From: Octopus sinensis
Lineage: Eukaryota
Direction: 5' to 3'
Assembly (NCBI RefSeq): GCF_006345805.1
Contig: NC_043023.1
Location: 18,352,001-18,416,000, forward strand
DNA length: 64,000 nt
Shown: piece by piece, positions 28,679 to 42,700 of the stretch
Position numbering within the stretch: the stretch's first letter is position 1
Layout: each line of letters begins with the position of its first letter
The notes under the pieces: generated by a model
Told to the model about the DNA's origin: nothing
The model's input: only the letters and a program-made list of their open reading frames with translations
The model's database searches: none
Made by a program: the position numbers and the translations under genes

Positions 28679-30012
28679 TGTGTGTGTGTGCATATATATA
28701 TATGTATAAATATATATATATATATATATATATGGAGAGAGAGAGAGAGCATATAGTGTATAGTTCGTAAACGAATAGCTACGCTGTATAAGTGCTATAA
28801 TTGGTCATCCGTTAGGTTCCAAGTTCACTGCTGAGGTTGGAGCTACGGATCCGTAGTAAGCTTCCAAGTTATCTGTTATATATTAAAGTCAAATGGACAA
28901 CAAAACCGATGCAGGAAAAGCATCTCAGTTCATTTAGAATTTTTAATTAGAATAAGGTGAAGTAGAAGTAATTAATGCTTTAAAGCTGTTTTAGGGATAT
29001 CCCACATGACGTGTCAGTATCTTGGAATTCTGCCATTGGAGACAAGGTGCATATTTTGGAAAGTTCCAGACAGGGAATTCACGGTGTATAAAAGAATAAA
29101 GCTGTAGACAGAAGAATAAAGACAGGAGAATAAAGTTCATAGCTCCTCTTGTTCTGGAGTGTATGGAGATTAGTCCGTACTTCCGTGAAGGTATAGGTCC
29201 TTAAGTATAATGCCAGATAAATCCCGACTGTATTTTGAATGTTGCGTTCAGATTGAAGGAATAGACTTAGTGGTTAGCTTGTAGGAAAATGAGCCACGTG
29301 AAGGTATAGTGTGAGAGAGAGAGAGAGATCAGAGAGAAGAGGGTTGGGAGTGAAGAGAGAAAAGAAAGAAAAGAAAGGAGGAGGATAAGTGTTGAAAAGA
29401 ATGAGAGTGAAAGTAAAAACAAAAATGAGAAATGAAAAATAAAAATAAGGATAAAGATAAGAGGAAAGAGACCTGAATTATTCTTGGTCCGGGTTGAGGA
29501 GCCAGTTCTGGTAAAGTGGAGAAGGGGGTAATTAATTAGATGAATTCTAGGGCCAGCATAGTGAGAAAGAATATCTAACTTTAGTTTAGTGGTCAGTAAG
29601 GAGAAATAAAATGTCAGAAACAGATTCGTAAGTTAAGAGATTACTTTGAAAATTAACTGTGAAAAATTAAGAGCTAAAAATTAAAAAGTAACGATTAAAA
29701 AGATTATTTCTGCTTGTGAACTTTTAAGAAAGAGTGAAAGATTGATAGATGAAAGGAAAAGAAAAGAACTGAAGTTAAATATTGTTTGTGACCACGCGGA
29801 ACCTAGAATTCATTCTATTTAATTAATAGCCATTAATTCTATAATTTTCGTTGCTTTTGCAACCTTTTAGAAGAAAAATTATAAATAATGAATGAGTGGA
29901 AATCAAACCTGTGTGTGTGTTAGAATATAATATATTAAAACAATACGACTCATCTGGACACGACAGTATACACACATACACACATACACACACCAACACA
30001 TCTATATATATG

Positions 30013-30095
<83 letters not shown>

Positions 30096-30409
30096 AGAGA
30101 GAGAGGGGTGACAGACAGACATAAGGAAAATAAGATAAGATAGAAAATACAAAGAATATCTTTATCATGAAATACATTTTGTAACGAGTAGCACCGCTTT
30201 CTGTCTTTTCGATTTTTTCAGGTAAGAGTAAAAATAGGTGAATATTAATCAAGAAAGCCAATTAAATCGAAGAAAAATTAAATGAAATGTTTTGAAAATA
30301 TTTCATAATCTTCAAATAGGTAAGACATTTCCTTTTTTCTCTCACTTTCTCTCCATTTAATTAAATTTTTGCTTCGATTTAACTTTTTTCTTCTTAATTT
30401 ATACCCCAA

Positions 30410-30800
30410 CATCACATGGTTCCGGGTTCAGTCCCACTGCGTGGCACCTTGGACAAGTCTCTTCTACTACAGCCTCGTGCCGACCAAGGCTTTGTGAGTG
30501 GATTTGGTGGACGGAAACTGAGAGGCCTGCCGTATATATATATGTGTGTGCGTGTGTGTGCGTGTGTTTGTGTGTGTGCGTGTGTATGTATGTATGTGTG
30601 TGTGTGTGTTTTGTATACTGGTATATACACTTATACTGGTGTGTTTACGTCCCCGTAACTTAGTGGTTCGGAAATAGAATCTGATAGAATATGTACTAGG
30701 CTAACAAAGGTTAAGTGCTGTGATCGAATTGCTCGACTAAAGGCGGTGCTCCAGCACGGCCGCAACCAAATGACTGAAACAATTTAAAGAATAAGAGAAC
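30410..30800 (+). mobile_element. tRNA-head SINE (another partial minus-strand copy at about 30965-31150)
   Basis: Same family. Confidence 0.85.
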
Positions 30801-31196
30801 CTTTATTTTACTCTTAGTCAAAATAATTCGAAAAGTCAGAAACAAGTACTAACTGTTACAAAATGAATTTCATGATAACATTTTTTAGAGTTTTCTTCGT
30901 TGTCTTATTTTCCTTGTACACATCAACTCGTGTGTCACTTTACCACATTATACATATATATTCTTTTATTCTTTTACTTGTTTCAGCCATTTGTCAGCGA
31001 CCAGGTTGGAGCACCGGCTTAAGTCAAACAAATTGACCCTAGGGTTTATGCTTTCTAATCCTAGTACTTATTCTATCGGGTCCTTTTGCCGAACTGCTAA
31101 GTTACCGGGACGTAAACACACTAAGATCGGTGGCAAGCGATGATGGATACACAAATACATACATACAGGCATACATGTGTACATATATATTCATAC

Positions 31197-31246
<50 letters not shown>

Positions 31247-31353
31247 TCGGGGTGAGTACTTGATAATTATAAGCACCTGTGTATACCGTTTGGTGGTGTA
31301 GGTGGTGGAGTAAATTGATCAAAATAAAATAAAAACATGATGCGAAGGATTCA

Positions 31354-31431
31354 GCGGTACATATGTTTCGGGCCTTTATTAGACAGATTTATAACAATGC
31401 ATAATGTATGTCTGTGGCCTTCTTCAGCCGC
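31354..31431 (-). ncRNA. Type I hammerhead ribozyme motif (minimal, palindromic stem III) in a probable Penelope-like 3' region
   Basis: Minus strand reads GCGG CTGAAGA A GGCC...GGCC C GAAA C ATAT GTA CCGC. Stem I 4 bp, stem II GGCC/GGCC, stem III ACATATGT palindrome, GTA triplet. Confidence 0.7.
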
Positions 31432-32619
31432 GCACAACAGCTTCCACAAGGACATGTGTTACATCAAAAATTCTTGGTTGGGGATGCAAATCCTCTCATT
31501 CACGTACGACATAATGCGGCAGCAGCATAGAGTTGAGGCGTCCATCTCTTTCTTCTCTCAATGTAGAATGAGGAAAATTGGATGTTGAGGTAATGTAAAT
31601 AAATAAATACATATATAGAGGTGAAGATGTAGGGGCGAGAGTTCGGGACGAGGGATAAAAAATGTATAAAAAGTGTAAGTATAGAATAATATTAAAATGT
31701 AGAGGATAAAGGGTTGTAAGTAGATGTAAAGGGGGTATAAAGAAATATAAAGTGAAAATAGAAATAGAAATAAAAGTAAAAAAACCTGATAAAAACATGA
31801 TAAAAGTGTAAAAGAATGTAAAGATAAGGGATGTATAGAGGTTATGGACCAAGCATGGTGGTCAGGAGATTGATAAAATTTAGTTGTAGAATTGTCAGTA
31901 CATCAACAGTTTCGTCTGGGGACTTAATGCGTTGTAAATCAGAGCTGATGAACATTTAATCTGGTTCCTTGAATTAAATGGACTTCTAGTACATACATAT
32001 CATCATGGATATATACACCCACATACACGCGTACATATACGCCTCCAAGCCTATAAGCATACACACGCACTCGCGTGTAAACACGTACATAAACACACAC
32101 GCACCCACACGCACGCGCGTACACACACATACATACAACAGAATATCCGCATATATACACGGACATTACGCGCGTACACGCTCACATGTATATACGCGCG
32201 CCCATCACTACATACACACACGTATATGCCCACGCCTCTAGGTCCAGGTATAAGATATTAAAGGATGTGTATAAGAACGTATGTAAAGAATCCCGTACTC
32301 ATGTCAATACGCGCACGCACACACGGCTGTGTGTCCGTATGTGCGTGCACATATACACTCACACACACACACAGAGACACACGCGAACATGGGTATAGCT
32401 ATAAGATATCGAAGTATGCATGTACATATATGCGCGTGCATATGTATGTATGCGTATACACACATACGCGGACGCTCGTATATTCAAAAGGTGGATCCAT
32501 AGGTAAGTAAATAAACATATATAGAGGTGTAAAGCGATAAGTTAGGGGTAAGAATGAGGGTAAGGGTAAAGTTTAGAAATAAAAAATACAGTATAAAATA
32601 AGAAATACAATGCATCGAG

Positions 32620-34790
32620 AGTCATCTCGCCTTCACTAAGTGTCAAAATGTCCTCTGCAAAGTTTGTGGACATTTTGTCGCCGTGTAGCTAAGCTCTCTT
32701 GTTAGTGGTGAGGCTGAGGATTGTAACATGATGCCACAGGGTAGAGGACTTTAGGCATGATTGGACTTATTCTGCTCTAGTGCATTTCGGAATGACAGGA
32801 AGAGTTTGCCTGAAATCACCTGACAACAGAAGCGTTACACCTCCCATTGGAGCCTGACAGTCTCAGATGTCTTTCAGGGTTCTATCTAATGCTTCCAAAG
32901 CTCCCTTGTTAGCCATAGTGCAGTCATCCCAGACAATTAGATGACACATTTTAAGTACTTGTCCCTGATCTGAGCATTTGTTGATGTTGCATGAAGACAT
33001 TTCGGATGCTGCTAAATTGATAGGGAGTTTAAAAGTTGAGTGTGCTGTCCTGCCACCGGGTAACAAAGTAGCTGCAATGCCAGAGGAGGCTACAGCTACT
33101 GCAATGTCCTGATGCTGCCTAACTTCTGCAAGGAAAAGCTTTGTAATAAATGTTTTTTCCTGTCCCTTCAGGAGCATCGAGGAAGAAGATTCGTCCCTCG
33201 CGTTGGCGTACACTGTCAAGAATAGTTCTGTAGGCCTGCAGCTGGTCCGGAAGTAGTTTAGGCTCATTTTCAACAATGTACTTTGAAAGCACTTGAGTGT
33301 CGTAGGTTGTTTCACGAATGACAGCAGTGGGAAGGCTATTTGACCCTGACCTGAATGCTTGTGGCAGGCCATACGTCGACAATTCCTTTCCACCCAGTTT
33401 AGCAATTCTGTCTTCAATGTCAATGAGTGTTTTGTTATAGATTTCATTGCTGATACTCTGCATGTCAGGATAGAACAGTTGAGCTTGGCGCTGAAAGTCT
33501 TCAGCAAGATTGTCTCTATATTTGAGCCATAGAGTGGCCGGATCACACAGTTCGCATGCCTGTAGTAATACTGCAAATAGTGCCCTGAGACTTTTAGGTG
33601 ATTGTGATAAAGCAGCCTCTCCTAAATTTGCATACCATTGTGCACCATCTTCTAACAGACCTTGACGATAGCAGGCTTCTCTGTATATTGTGCAGACATG
33701 TCCATGAACGGTTTTTAGGGCCTGGAAAGGCGTTGGCCCTCTGACCTCATACAATAGTAGACGAAGGTAGAAGCACTCTTGGTGAGTGGGATGCACTGTG
33801 TATACTCGCCCAAGGCACGTGTGAAACTTAATGCCAGGGTATCCATGAACATTTGACCTGCTTTCCGTGGGGCCCATTTTTTTCCATTCCAAGTGTAGTA
33901 CGATGGAATCTGTGGATACAGCAAAGTTTGAGCGAATGGATCCACTTGACAAAGCTTGAAGAATGCAGTGAGTGTACTATCCCTTGGTTCCTCTACCAAC
34001 AGGGAAGCATTAGCATCGGTGAGGTACACCCTTTGACCATTTTCCAGGTGTACTGCAAGCTGTTGAATGACGGGGTGTCGTTGGTGAATTGGAAATCCAA
34101 AGATGCGCGAGAAAGCCTCGTTGCTACTTATGTACCATCCCACCTGATAATGCGTCATCCTGGCAGTATTCTTGTTGAAGTCCAAACATTGCAGCGTCGG
34201 AACCCTTGTTTACATATTTGCAAACGTACTTGATGGATTTAACGGAGTTGGAAAACTCAACGTTGATGTGGGCATTGAAAGTCTTTGACAGGAGTGGGCA
34301 GTATGGAACAATCCATCTATTATCAATATCGTGCTGTCCGACAGTTGCTGTGAAACCTCCGTCTTCTGGTTTTCTGCGTCTATATGATGGATACCCATCA
34401 GCACCTGTCTGAGTTTCTTGTAGGAACCTCCTTGGAAATCCTTTTGAACATATGCTGTCCTTCAAGGATGGTGTGTTTATGTTGAATCCACGCCCACATG
34501 GACCATGCACCATGTTTGCTTTAACTATTTCGTACAGCTCTTTGTCTAATGCTGGATCATGAAGCTCTGCAGAGATTATCTTGTCGATGTCATTGGAATT
34601 GATCTTCGCTGAGAGCCAAAGCAGGATATGAGCATGTGGAAGGCCCCTTTTTTGCCACTCGATTGTGTACATGTCACATTGTATGGGCCCAAAGACTTGC
34701 CCTTTTTGTATGAGCTCTATGAGAGAGATTAACTTCAGATGGAAATCTCGGGCGTTGAGATTCCGGTTCAAATGTAAGGCAGGTTTGAAA
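32620..34790 (-). mobile_element. Helitron RepHel fragment (HUH Rep plus Pif1-like helicase), frameshifted
   Basis: EWQKRGLPHAHILLW, SVKSIKYVCKYVNKG, FLDAPEGTGK, AVASSGIAATLLPGGRTAHSTFKLP and SGDFRQTLPV motifs in ORFs 32863-34771. Confidence 0.95.
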
Positions 34791-35089
34791 GTGTCCCAAC
34801 AGTTATTAGTTGTAGTGGTAGAGTGTTTATGCCGAATATGTACGTATGCAAGTATATATATATATATAAATTATATATATATATGTGTGTGTGTGTGTAT
34901 GCCTGTATATATGTACAAAATCCTCTGAGAATGCTTTTGTTGGTCTGAGGCTAAAGCAGAAGACACATGCCAAGTCACCACACAGTGGAGCTGAACCTAG
35001 GACCATGTGTTTGGAACGTAGTTTGTTACCACACAGCCACACCTGCCCCTAGGTATGTGTGTGTGCGCGCGTATGTGTGTATGGGTAGA

Positions 35090-37580
35090 TTATTATGTGT
35101 GTATATATGTGTATATATATATGTGTACATGTTACATGTACATCTATATATATATACATCTACACATAAAATACAAAATACAACGTTATAACTTGATATC
35201 GCTAGTGATAACAGTACTCAATATATATAATAGACTGGAATTGTAGGCCCGTCTCTTGCAATTTCGATCAATTGGATCTTGTCCTCCCTCTTGTATAGAA
35301 GTGTACCGCTGCAGCGAAATTCATTTTTGGACTTTCTTCTTTCGAAGGCATTTTAACAAAAATGCTTCGGCAAAGACGGTGAAAATATTGTCACTTTCCC
35401 CAAACAGGGACACAATTCAGTTTTTAAACAATAACCAAAGCCCCTTCTCCGAAAAGGCGAGGATTAAGGTTTACAATTATTTAACAAATGCCATGCAACA
35501 ACGTTTCCCTAACGAGGAACCAACAAACGTGATTACAATAGTCAAACAGTAATAATAATAACAACAAACCTTTTAAATTTATCCCCATTTATGTGAAACC
35601 ACTTATTGAAGTTCAAGTCATTGATGCAATTTTATATGAATTGCTAATACACACACACATAATAAGGGTGAAAAATTGTATATAAATTTGATTAATATGA
35701 ATTGAAAACCAGTGGTGTAGCATATAAGACCATAGCGGATCTTCTTCTAGCAAAAAGGATGACCACTATTAATGGTTCATCCCTGTTAAATAATACTTTC
35801 ACTTTAATAGTTTCAGTATTATAATGAAAGTGCCTGCATTACAAAAGAGAGATGTTTTTGCTTCCCTTTTAACACGTAATACTGAAATAGTGGAGAAGAT
35901 ATGATATTGCTGTGGGGTCGCCCTAGGGAAAAAGTTAAGATTTTTTGCCGATGGCACTCCTCGGACCTTAAGTAAGGCATGTGTAAAATTTGAATGGAAT
36001 TGGTTGTGTAGTTCTCAAGTTTTTGGGAAACACACAGAAAGACAGACAGACAGACACATATTCTCAGTTTTATATATATAGAGATAACATATAATATATA
36101 TTATTATAAAAGGTTTATTAAATATATTATATATATTATAATACTAGCATTATGACCCGTCGTTGCCTGGTCATAGTGCTAGTACATGTATATATGTGTA
36201 TATATATGTGTACATATTACATGTACATCTATATATATATACATCTACACATAAAATACAAAATACAAAGTTATATCTTGATATCGCTAGTGATAACAGT
36301 ACTCAAAATATATAACAGACTGGAATTGTAGGCCCGTCTCTTGCAATTTCGATCAAATGTATCTTGACCTCCCTCTTGTATAGAAGTGTGGCTACAATCT
36401 AGCCTACCGCTACTTCTGGGGAGGGGGGGGCATTTTAAATTTTTATCCGGGTGGTCCTACGTCCCAGTTATAAAGGTAAAAATAAAATATTTCCACGTTG
36501 CAAGGTTCGAGTGGAGTACTCCCTTGCACGCTCTGTTGACTCGAACCTTGCTTTTATTGTAGCGAATTTACCGCCTCTAGTTAGATATCTTTCATAGTCG
36601 CACCAAGACACTTTTCGATGACACAATTCAATTTTTAAACAATAACCAAAGCTCCCTCTCCCAAAGGTGGAGGACTACAGTTTACAATTATTTAACAAAT
36701 GCAACACAACAATGTTTCCTTTACGAGGAACCAACAAACGTGATAACAATAGTTAAACAGTAATAATAATAACAACAAACCTTACGATGAATCAGAAAGT
36801 AGTAAGCAGTTGAAGCTTTAGTCCTTTATGTATAAGAAATAAACCAACAACAGTACTCTGTAGGAGCGGCTGTTCCAGAAAACAGATATTACATACAGCC
36901 AAACTTCATATAGATACTTAATGCTAGCTAATTTAGCAGATAATCTAATGTAAAAGCACAGCTTCATCTGCACTATTCTATTTCTGCACGCTAATTTTAT
37001 TTTTAATTTATTCCCATTCATGTGAAACCACTTATTCAAGTTCAAGTCATTGATGCAATTTTATACCAATTACTATTTTTACTTTTGTTATGTTACTATA
37101 ATATTATACTTTATTTTGATTTTAATTATTAATTACTACATATAATTCAATGGTTATTATTATTTTTATTGTTAAAGTGAAAGTATCTGACATAAAATAG
37201 AGAAATGTTTTTGTTTCACTTTTAACACGTAATACTGAAATAGTGGAGAAGATATGATATGGCTATGGACTCGCTCTAGGCAAGAAGTTGACCTTTTTTG
37301 CCCATGAAACTACATGGACCCTAAGTAAGGCATGTGTAAATTTTGAATGACATTGGTTGTGTAGTTCTCAAGTTTTAGGGAATCGTAGTGGAGAAGATAT
37401 GATATTGCTGTGGGGTCGCCCTAGGGAAAATTTAAGATTTTTTGCCGATGACACTCCCTGTACCCTAAGTAAGACATGTGTAAAATTTGAATGAAATTGG
37501 TTGTGTAGTTCTCAAGTTTTAGGGAAACACACAGACAGACAGACAGACACACATTCTAAGTTTTATATATAGAGAGATAC
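35090..37580 (+). mobile_element. Tandem non-autonomous Helitron/Helentron-like (Lep1/DINE-like) units
   Basis: 35122-35303 resembles 36206-36390; 35408-35570 resembles 36617-36783. A terminal module (aaatttgaatg.aattggttgtgtagttctcaagtttt) occurs three times, two followed by (ACAG)n...ttttatatatatag. TACTAG start at about 36142. Confidence 0.65.
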
Positions 37581-37654
37581 ATCTGTAAATGTAATATGTG
37601 ACAAGTATTCGGTAGCCAAGATAAAACTCCGAGTTTCGGATGCCGAGGTGGAAT

Positions 37655-37715
37655 TCCACGCCACCATCTCTTCAGTTATCCGGCCAACGGATAACTGAAG
37701 AGATGGTGGCGTGGA
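37655..37715. repeat. Perfect 28-bp inverted repeat with 5-nt loop, in a MITE-like family shared with 60670-60840
   Basis: TCCACGCCACCATCTCTTCAGTTATCCG-gccaa-CGGATAACTGAAGAGATGGTGGCGTGGA. Confidence 0.9.
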
Positions 37716-37773
37716 TTTTAGTGGAGTAATTAGTAACTGACGAAATCACTCTATCTGTCTGTCTGTATGTCTG

Positions 37774-37840
<67 letters not shown>

Positions 37841-38599
37841 ATGCGTTATTTGAACTTACAGTAGAATATAACGATGTTTCAAATAAAAACAAAACATATT
37901 GTATTAAGAAACCACATTTATTTCTTCGTTAATAAAAGTTAAAGATTATATTGAAAATTAGTAGTGAAAATTGGCAGTTAGAAAATATCTATAGAATTAC
38001 AAATCAAACCATATGATGTTAGATTTTGTGAGTTACAGAAAATAAGAAGGTTTAAAGTACATTGCAGTTTATAAAGTCTCTAAGTTTCGTAGTGTTATAT
38101 TGATAGATAAAAATGAAGTTCTCTTTTATGCAAGCATGTTTAATGTAATATAAGAAGAAAAGAAGATTCTCAAAGACATTAATTTTTTATATTCTTGATT
38201 ATGTTCTCTTCTCTGCTGTTCCAACATCTGTTTTATTACCAGAACGTGAACCTGGAAATACAATGAGAAAAACCTCTATGAAATAAAGTAAAGTAACCCA
38301 AGCCCTTATGTTTTATATATAACCCCAATTGTCATCTGCTATTTCCCCATACGTTAAACATATGAATTACAGAAGAATCATACACAATTTATATTAAAAA
38401 AAACTAATAAAACTTTTAATAAAATATTGTAGTGCGAAACAATTGTACCAAATTAACGGAGTCATTCTTGTTGCTTATTTTTTTATTATAATCACCCCGC
38501 AAATTTTTATGGATAACACCATACAAAATTCTGATGCATCTAAATTAAGTACCATATTCATTTGAATTTAAATTGTTGCTGAACTTATATATATATATA

Positions 38600-38770
38600 C
38601 ATATATACGACAGGCTTCTTTCAGTTTCCGTCTACCAAATCCACTCACAAGGCTTTGGTCGGCCCGAGGCTATAGTAGAAGACACTTGCCCAAGGTGCCA
38701 CGCAGTGGTACTGAACCCGGAACCATGTGGTTGGTAAGCAAGCTACTTTCCACACAGCCACTCCTGCGTC
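38600..38770 (-). mobile_element. tRNA-head SINE 5' half (another at about 34910-35050)
   Basis: Same family. Confidence 0.85.
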
Positions 38771-39756
38771 TATGTTATATTTATATACATTGAATTTGTG
38801 TGTGGATGTGATGTAAAAGAAGCGTATCGTAACCGGGATGAGATATGAAACACCAAGTGCATTATCTCTTGCAATCATACAGTAGGTGTCGATGGTTATA
38901 ATTATAATTCCCTGTAATCAAGAAACAAGAGATGATAGTAGAATGCATAGAAAACAGATAGACTATTTATGTATATATATATAATACTTTTTGACAGTTA
39001 TATATATTCTTTTTTAAAAAATAATAATTTAAAAATTTATTAATTCAAAATTTTAAAAATATTTAAAAAATATAAATATTTATAAATATAAATTAAAAAT
39101 TTTAAATTTAAATAATTTAAGTTTTAAATTTTATATTTTATATATTTTGTACAATATATTAATTATGTTTAGTTTTATGTTTGGTTTATGTTTTTCATTG
39201 TTTGATTTGCCTACTAGTGGTTTTATCTCTAATTTAATTTATATATATATATATAATATGTATGTATGTATGTGCGTGTATATGTATGTATGTATGTGTG
39301 CATGCATGTATGTATGTATATATGTATGTATGTATGTGCGTGTATATATATGTATGTATGAATGTATGTATATATGTATATATGTATGTAAGTATATATG
39401 TATATATGTATGTATGTATGTATATATGTATATATGTACGTATGTATATATGAATGTATGTATCTATGTATGTATATATGTATATATGTATGTATGTATA
39501 TATGTATGTATGTGTGTATGTGCGTGTATATGCATCCATGTATGTATGCATGCATGCATGTATGTATGTATGTATGTATGTGCGTGTATATGTACGTATG
39601 TATGTATGTATGTATATATGTATATATGTATGTATATATGTATGTATGTATATATGTATGTATGTATATATGTATGTACGTATGTGTGTATGTATGTATA
39701 TATGTACGTATGTATGTGCGTGTATCTGTATGTATGTATGTATGTATGTATATATG

Positions 39757-42700
39757 TATGTCAGGTCACCTTCGAGTGCTACTGGTAACATGTAACCCAG
39801 TACAACCTGTTGCATGGTCGGGTCGTCGGCGACCAAACCGGCAACCCCGGTGAGGAGGGTGTTTATTGGACACCCTGCGGGATGAAAAACAAAACCCGTC
39901 AAAGGGCGGAGGACCTCTTGAGAGTCAACGGCCATCCAATAAATGTTAGCACGGGTACGTAGAAATTCCGGGGTGGTGTCCGGCGTGCCGAAAGACCACT
40001 GGGAGTGAGGCGCCCCTCAGCTTTTGTTAAAGCACGTCTCAAGGAGAAGGTCACTCTGATATAAAACCAGATATGCAGGGAATGGCATTGAACATTTTGG
40101 GGATCTTTGGTTTGTGCTAGAGATCACGGCGCTCCCACATCCCTGAGCCTGCGACTCATATTGGCACCAGACATCTTGCTCCGGCTTGTCTCTGGATAAT
40201 GTCAATAGAGTGGAGAGGGTCTATGAGGTGTTGTGCAAGCCTTATTGGACCTAAAACTCTGCACAGGCATTGCCGACCTTTTTTTTTCCTATATATATCT
40301 ATCCTTTTTTAGTATATATTTTCTTCATTTTTAGTATATATATATATATATATATATTTTGTTTTTATTCGGAAGTCCTGCGGCGATGGGAAGGTGGTGA
40401 AGCATGCAGACCTGACGGGTTGGAAGCATGTAGTCAGCGACCTGCACGTAGGCGGCCCATGCTAGATATAAAGTCGTCTCTTTTTCGCCCAAGACAGCGG
40501 TAGTATTCGGTTGCTGCATGGGTGTCTGAGCAGCTCCATTTGGAGAGGGCACTGCTCACCCGGAGACCGGGGAGATTCTAGAAAAGGTGAACCAAAAATT
40601 GCCTGTCTTTCCATATCTGGTCAGTTTAGCGCGACTGACGGATGTCCACTCTGCGCTCGAAAAACAAAGAGTCTTTTATCTATAAAATCTGGACGGAACT
40701 TAAACATTTCATGTTGGAATGTGCGTACTCTGTTGGACAACAAGAATGATTTCAGGCCTGAAAGACGCACTGCACTTGTTGCTCGTGAGCTGAACCGTTA
40801 TAAAATTGATATAGCTGCACTCTCAAAGACTCGTATAGAAGGTGATGGTCAGCTTGAGGAAGTAGGAGGCGGATACAACTTTTTTGGGAAAGGAAGGCAG
40901 AAGGAGGAGCGCAGGGAGGCTGGTGTTGGTTTTGCAGTCCGATCTGATATCCTGAAGAAGTTGGAAGAGCTCCCTGTTCCTATAAATGAACGTATAATGA
41001 CCCTACGGTTGCACTTGAAAGGTAAGCGGTTTGCTACTCTAATAAGTGCCTATGCACCTACTTTGACTAGCTGTGATGAAGATAAAATAATCTTTTATAC
41101 CCAGCTGAGAGCCATACTTAGAAAAATCTCCAATTCTGATAAAGTCATTCTACTGGGGGATTTTAATGCCAGAGTAGGAACAGACTGGCAAACATGGAAC
41201 TCTCTAGGACATTTTGGTGTAGGAAAATGAATAGCAATGGTCTCATGCTACTGGAGCTTTGCGAAGAACACGGACTTTACATTGCAAGTACTCATTTTGT
41301 GCACAAAGGTGATCACACAACAACATGGATGCATCCAAGGTCAAAAGTTTGGCACTTGCTGGATTACGTCATCATCCGCAAGCGCGACATTTATGACATT
41401 TGTAATATCAAGTCCTTGCATGGATCAGAATGCTGGACGGACCACAGTCTGGTGCGAGCAAAGTTCCAAATGGTGATTAGGGCGAAAGAGAGAAGAGGAC
41501 CAGTCAGCATTCCTCGCCGTCTAAATGTCCACAAGGTATATGATGTGGTTAGGAAAGAGCTTCAGACTCGCTTGTCCATTATTGAAACTGCTGCAGGATG
41601 GGAAGATTTTCGAGACCAGGTTGTTCAATGTGCAGCCGAAACACTGGGGTATGTTACTGCCAGACACAGAGACTGGTTTGATGAGAATGATGCTGAAATT
41701 CAACGACTATTAGTGGTGAAGCGCCATGCCCACAGTGTGTTGCTGCACAGAGAACTGTCTACTGTGCAGCTAAGTCTAGCACTTGCCCACTATAACAGTG
41801 TAAAATCACTACTGCAGCGATCTCTCAGGAAGATGCAGAACACTTGGTGGGAGGATCTTGCTCGTGATGTTCAGGCTGCTGCTGATGCAAATGACAGCAA
41901 GAAGCTTTACCATCTTATGAAGCGAGCTTATGGACCTAAGAGCTCCACATCAGCTCCTTTGCTTTCCAAGGAGTCTTTCACTCTGTTTACTAAATCAACA
42001 GAAATCACAGGTCGCTGGATCGAACACTTCTCTGAACTCCTAAACCATGAGTCAGTTGTGGATGAAACAGTGATTGATACTATGAAACAAAGACCTATCA
42101 TTGACTCCTTAGACTCATCGCCATCAATACATGAAGTAATGACATCAATAAGTAAATTGAATCTTGGTAGGGCACCTGGAAAGGATGGAATTTGTGCTGA
42201 GGTCTTGCGATTTGGTGGTAATTGCATCACACAGTCCCTTCATGAACTTATTAGTGTAGTCTGGAGGGATGGTGCAATCCCTAAGGACTGGAAGGATGCA
42301 ATTATTCTTCCTCTATATAAAGGAAAAGGAGCCAGAACAATGTGTGGTAACTACAGAGGTATTGCTCTACTATCAGCTGCTGGCAATGTTCTGGCAAGTA
42401 TTCTTCTTACCCGTCTGAATGGGTGTCTCGTAAATGATGTCCTATCTGAATCTCAATGTGGCTTCCGATCTGGTAGAGGGACAATGGATATGATTTTCAC
42501 AGCAAGACAGATGCAGGAGAAGTGCTATGAGCAGAATATGGATCTTGTCCAGGTATTCATTGATTTAACTAAGGCCTTTGATACTGTAAATAGGGCCTTT
42601 CTATGGAAAATACTTGGCAAACTTGGATGTCCGGATCACTTTGTATCTATAATTAAATCATTTCATGATGGGCTGGAGGCTTGGGTCAATGTTGGTGGTG

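Noticed and set aside
31950-32000. CTGATGA followed by an 8-bp stem (CATTTAAT/ATTAAATG) on the plus strand as a hammerhead
   Set aside because: GAAA is replaced by GACT and there is no stem I or III pairing.
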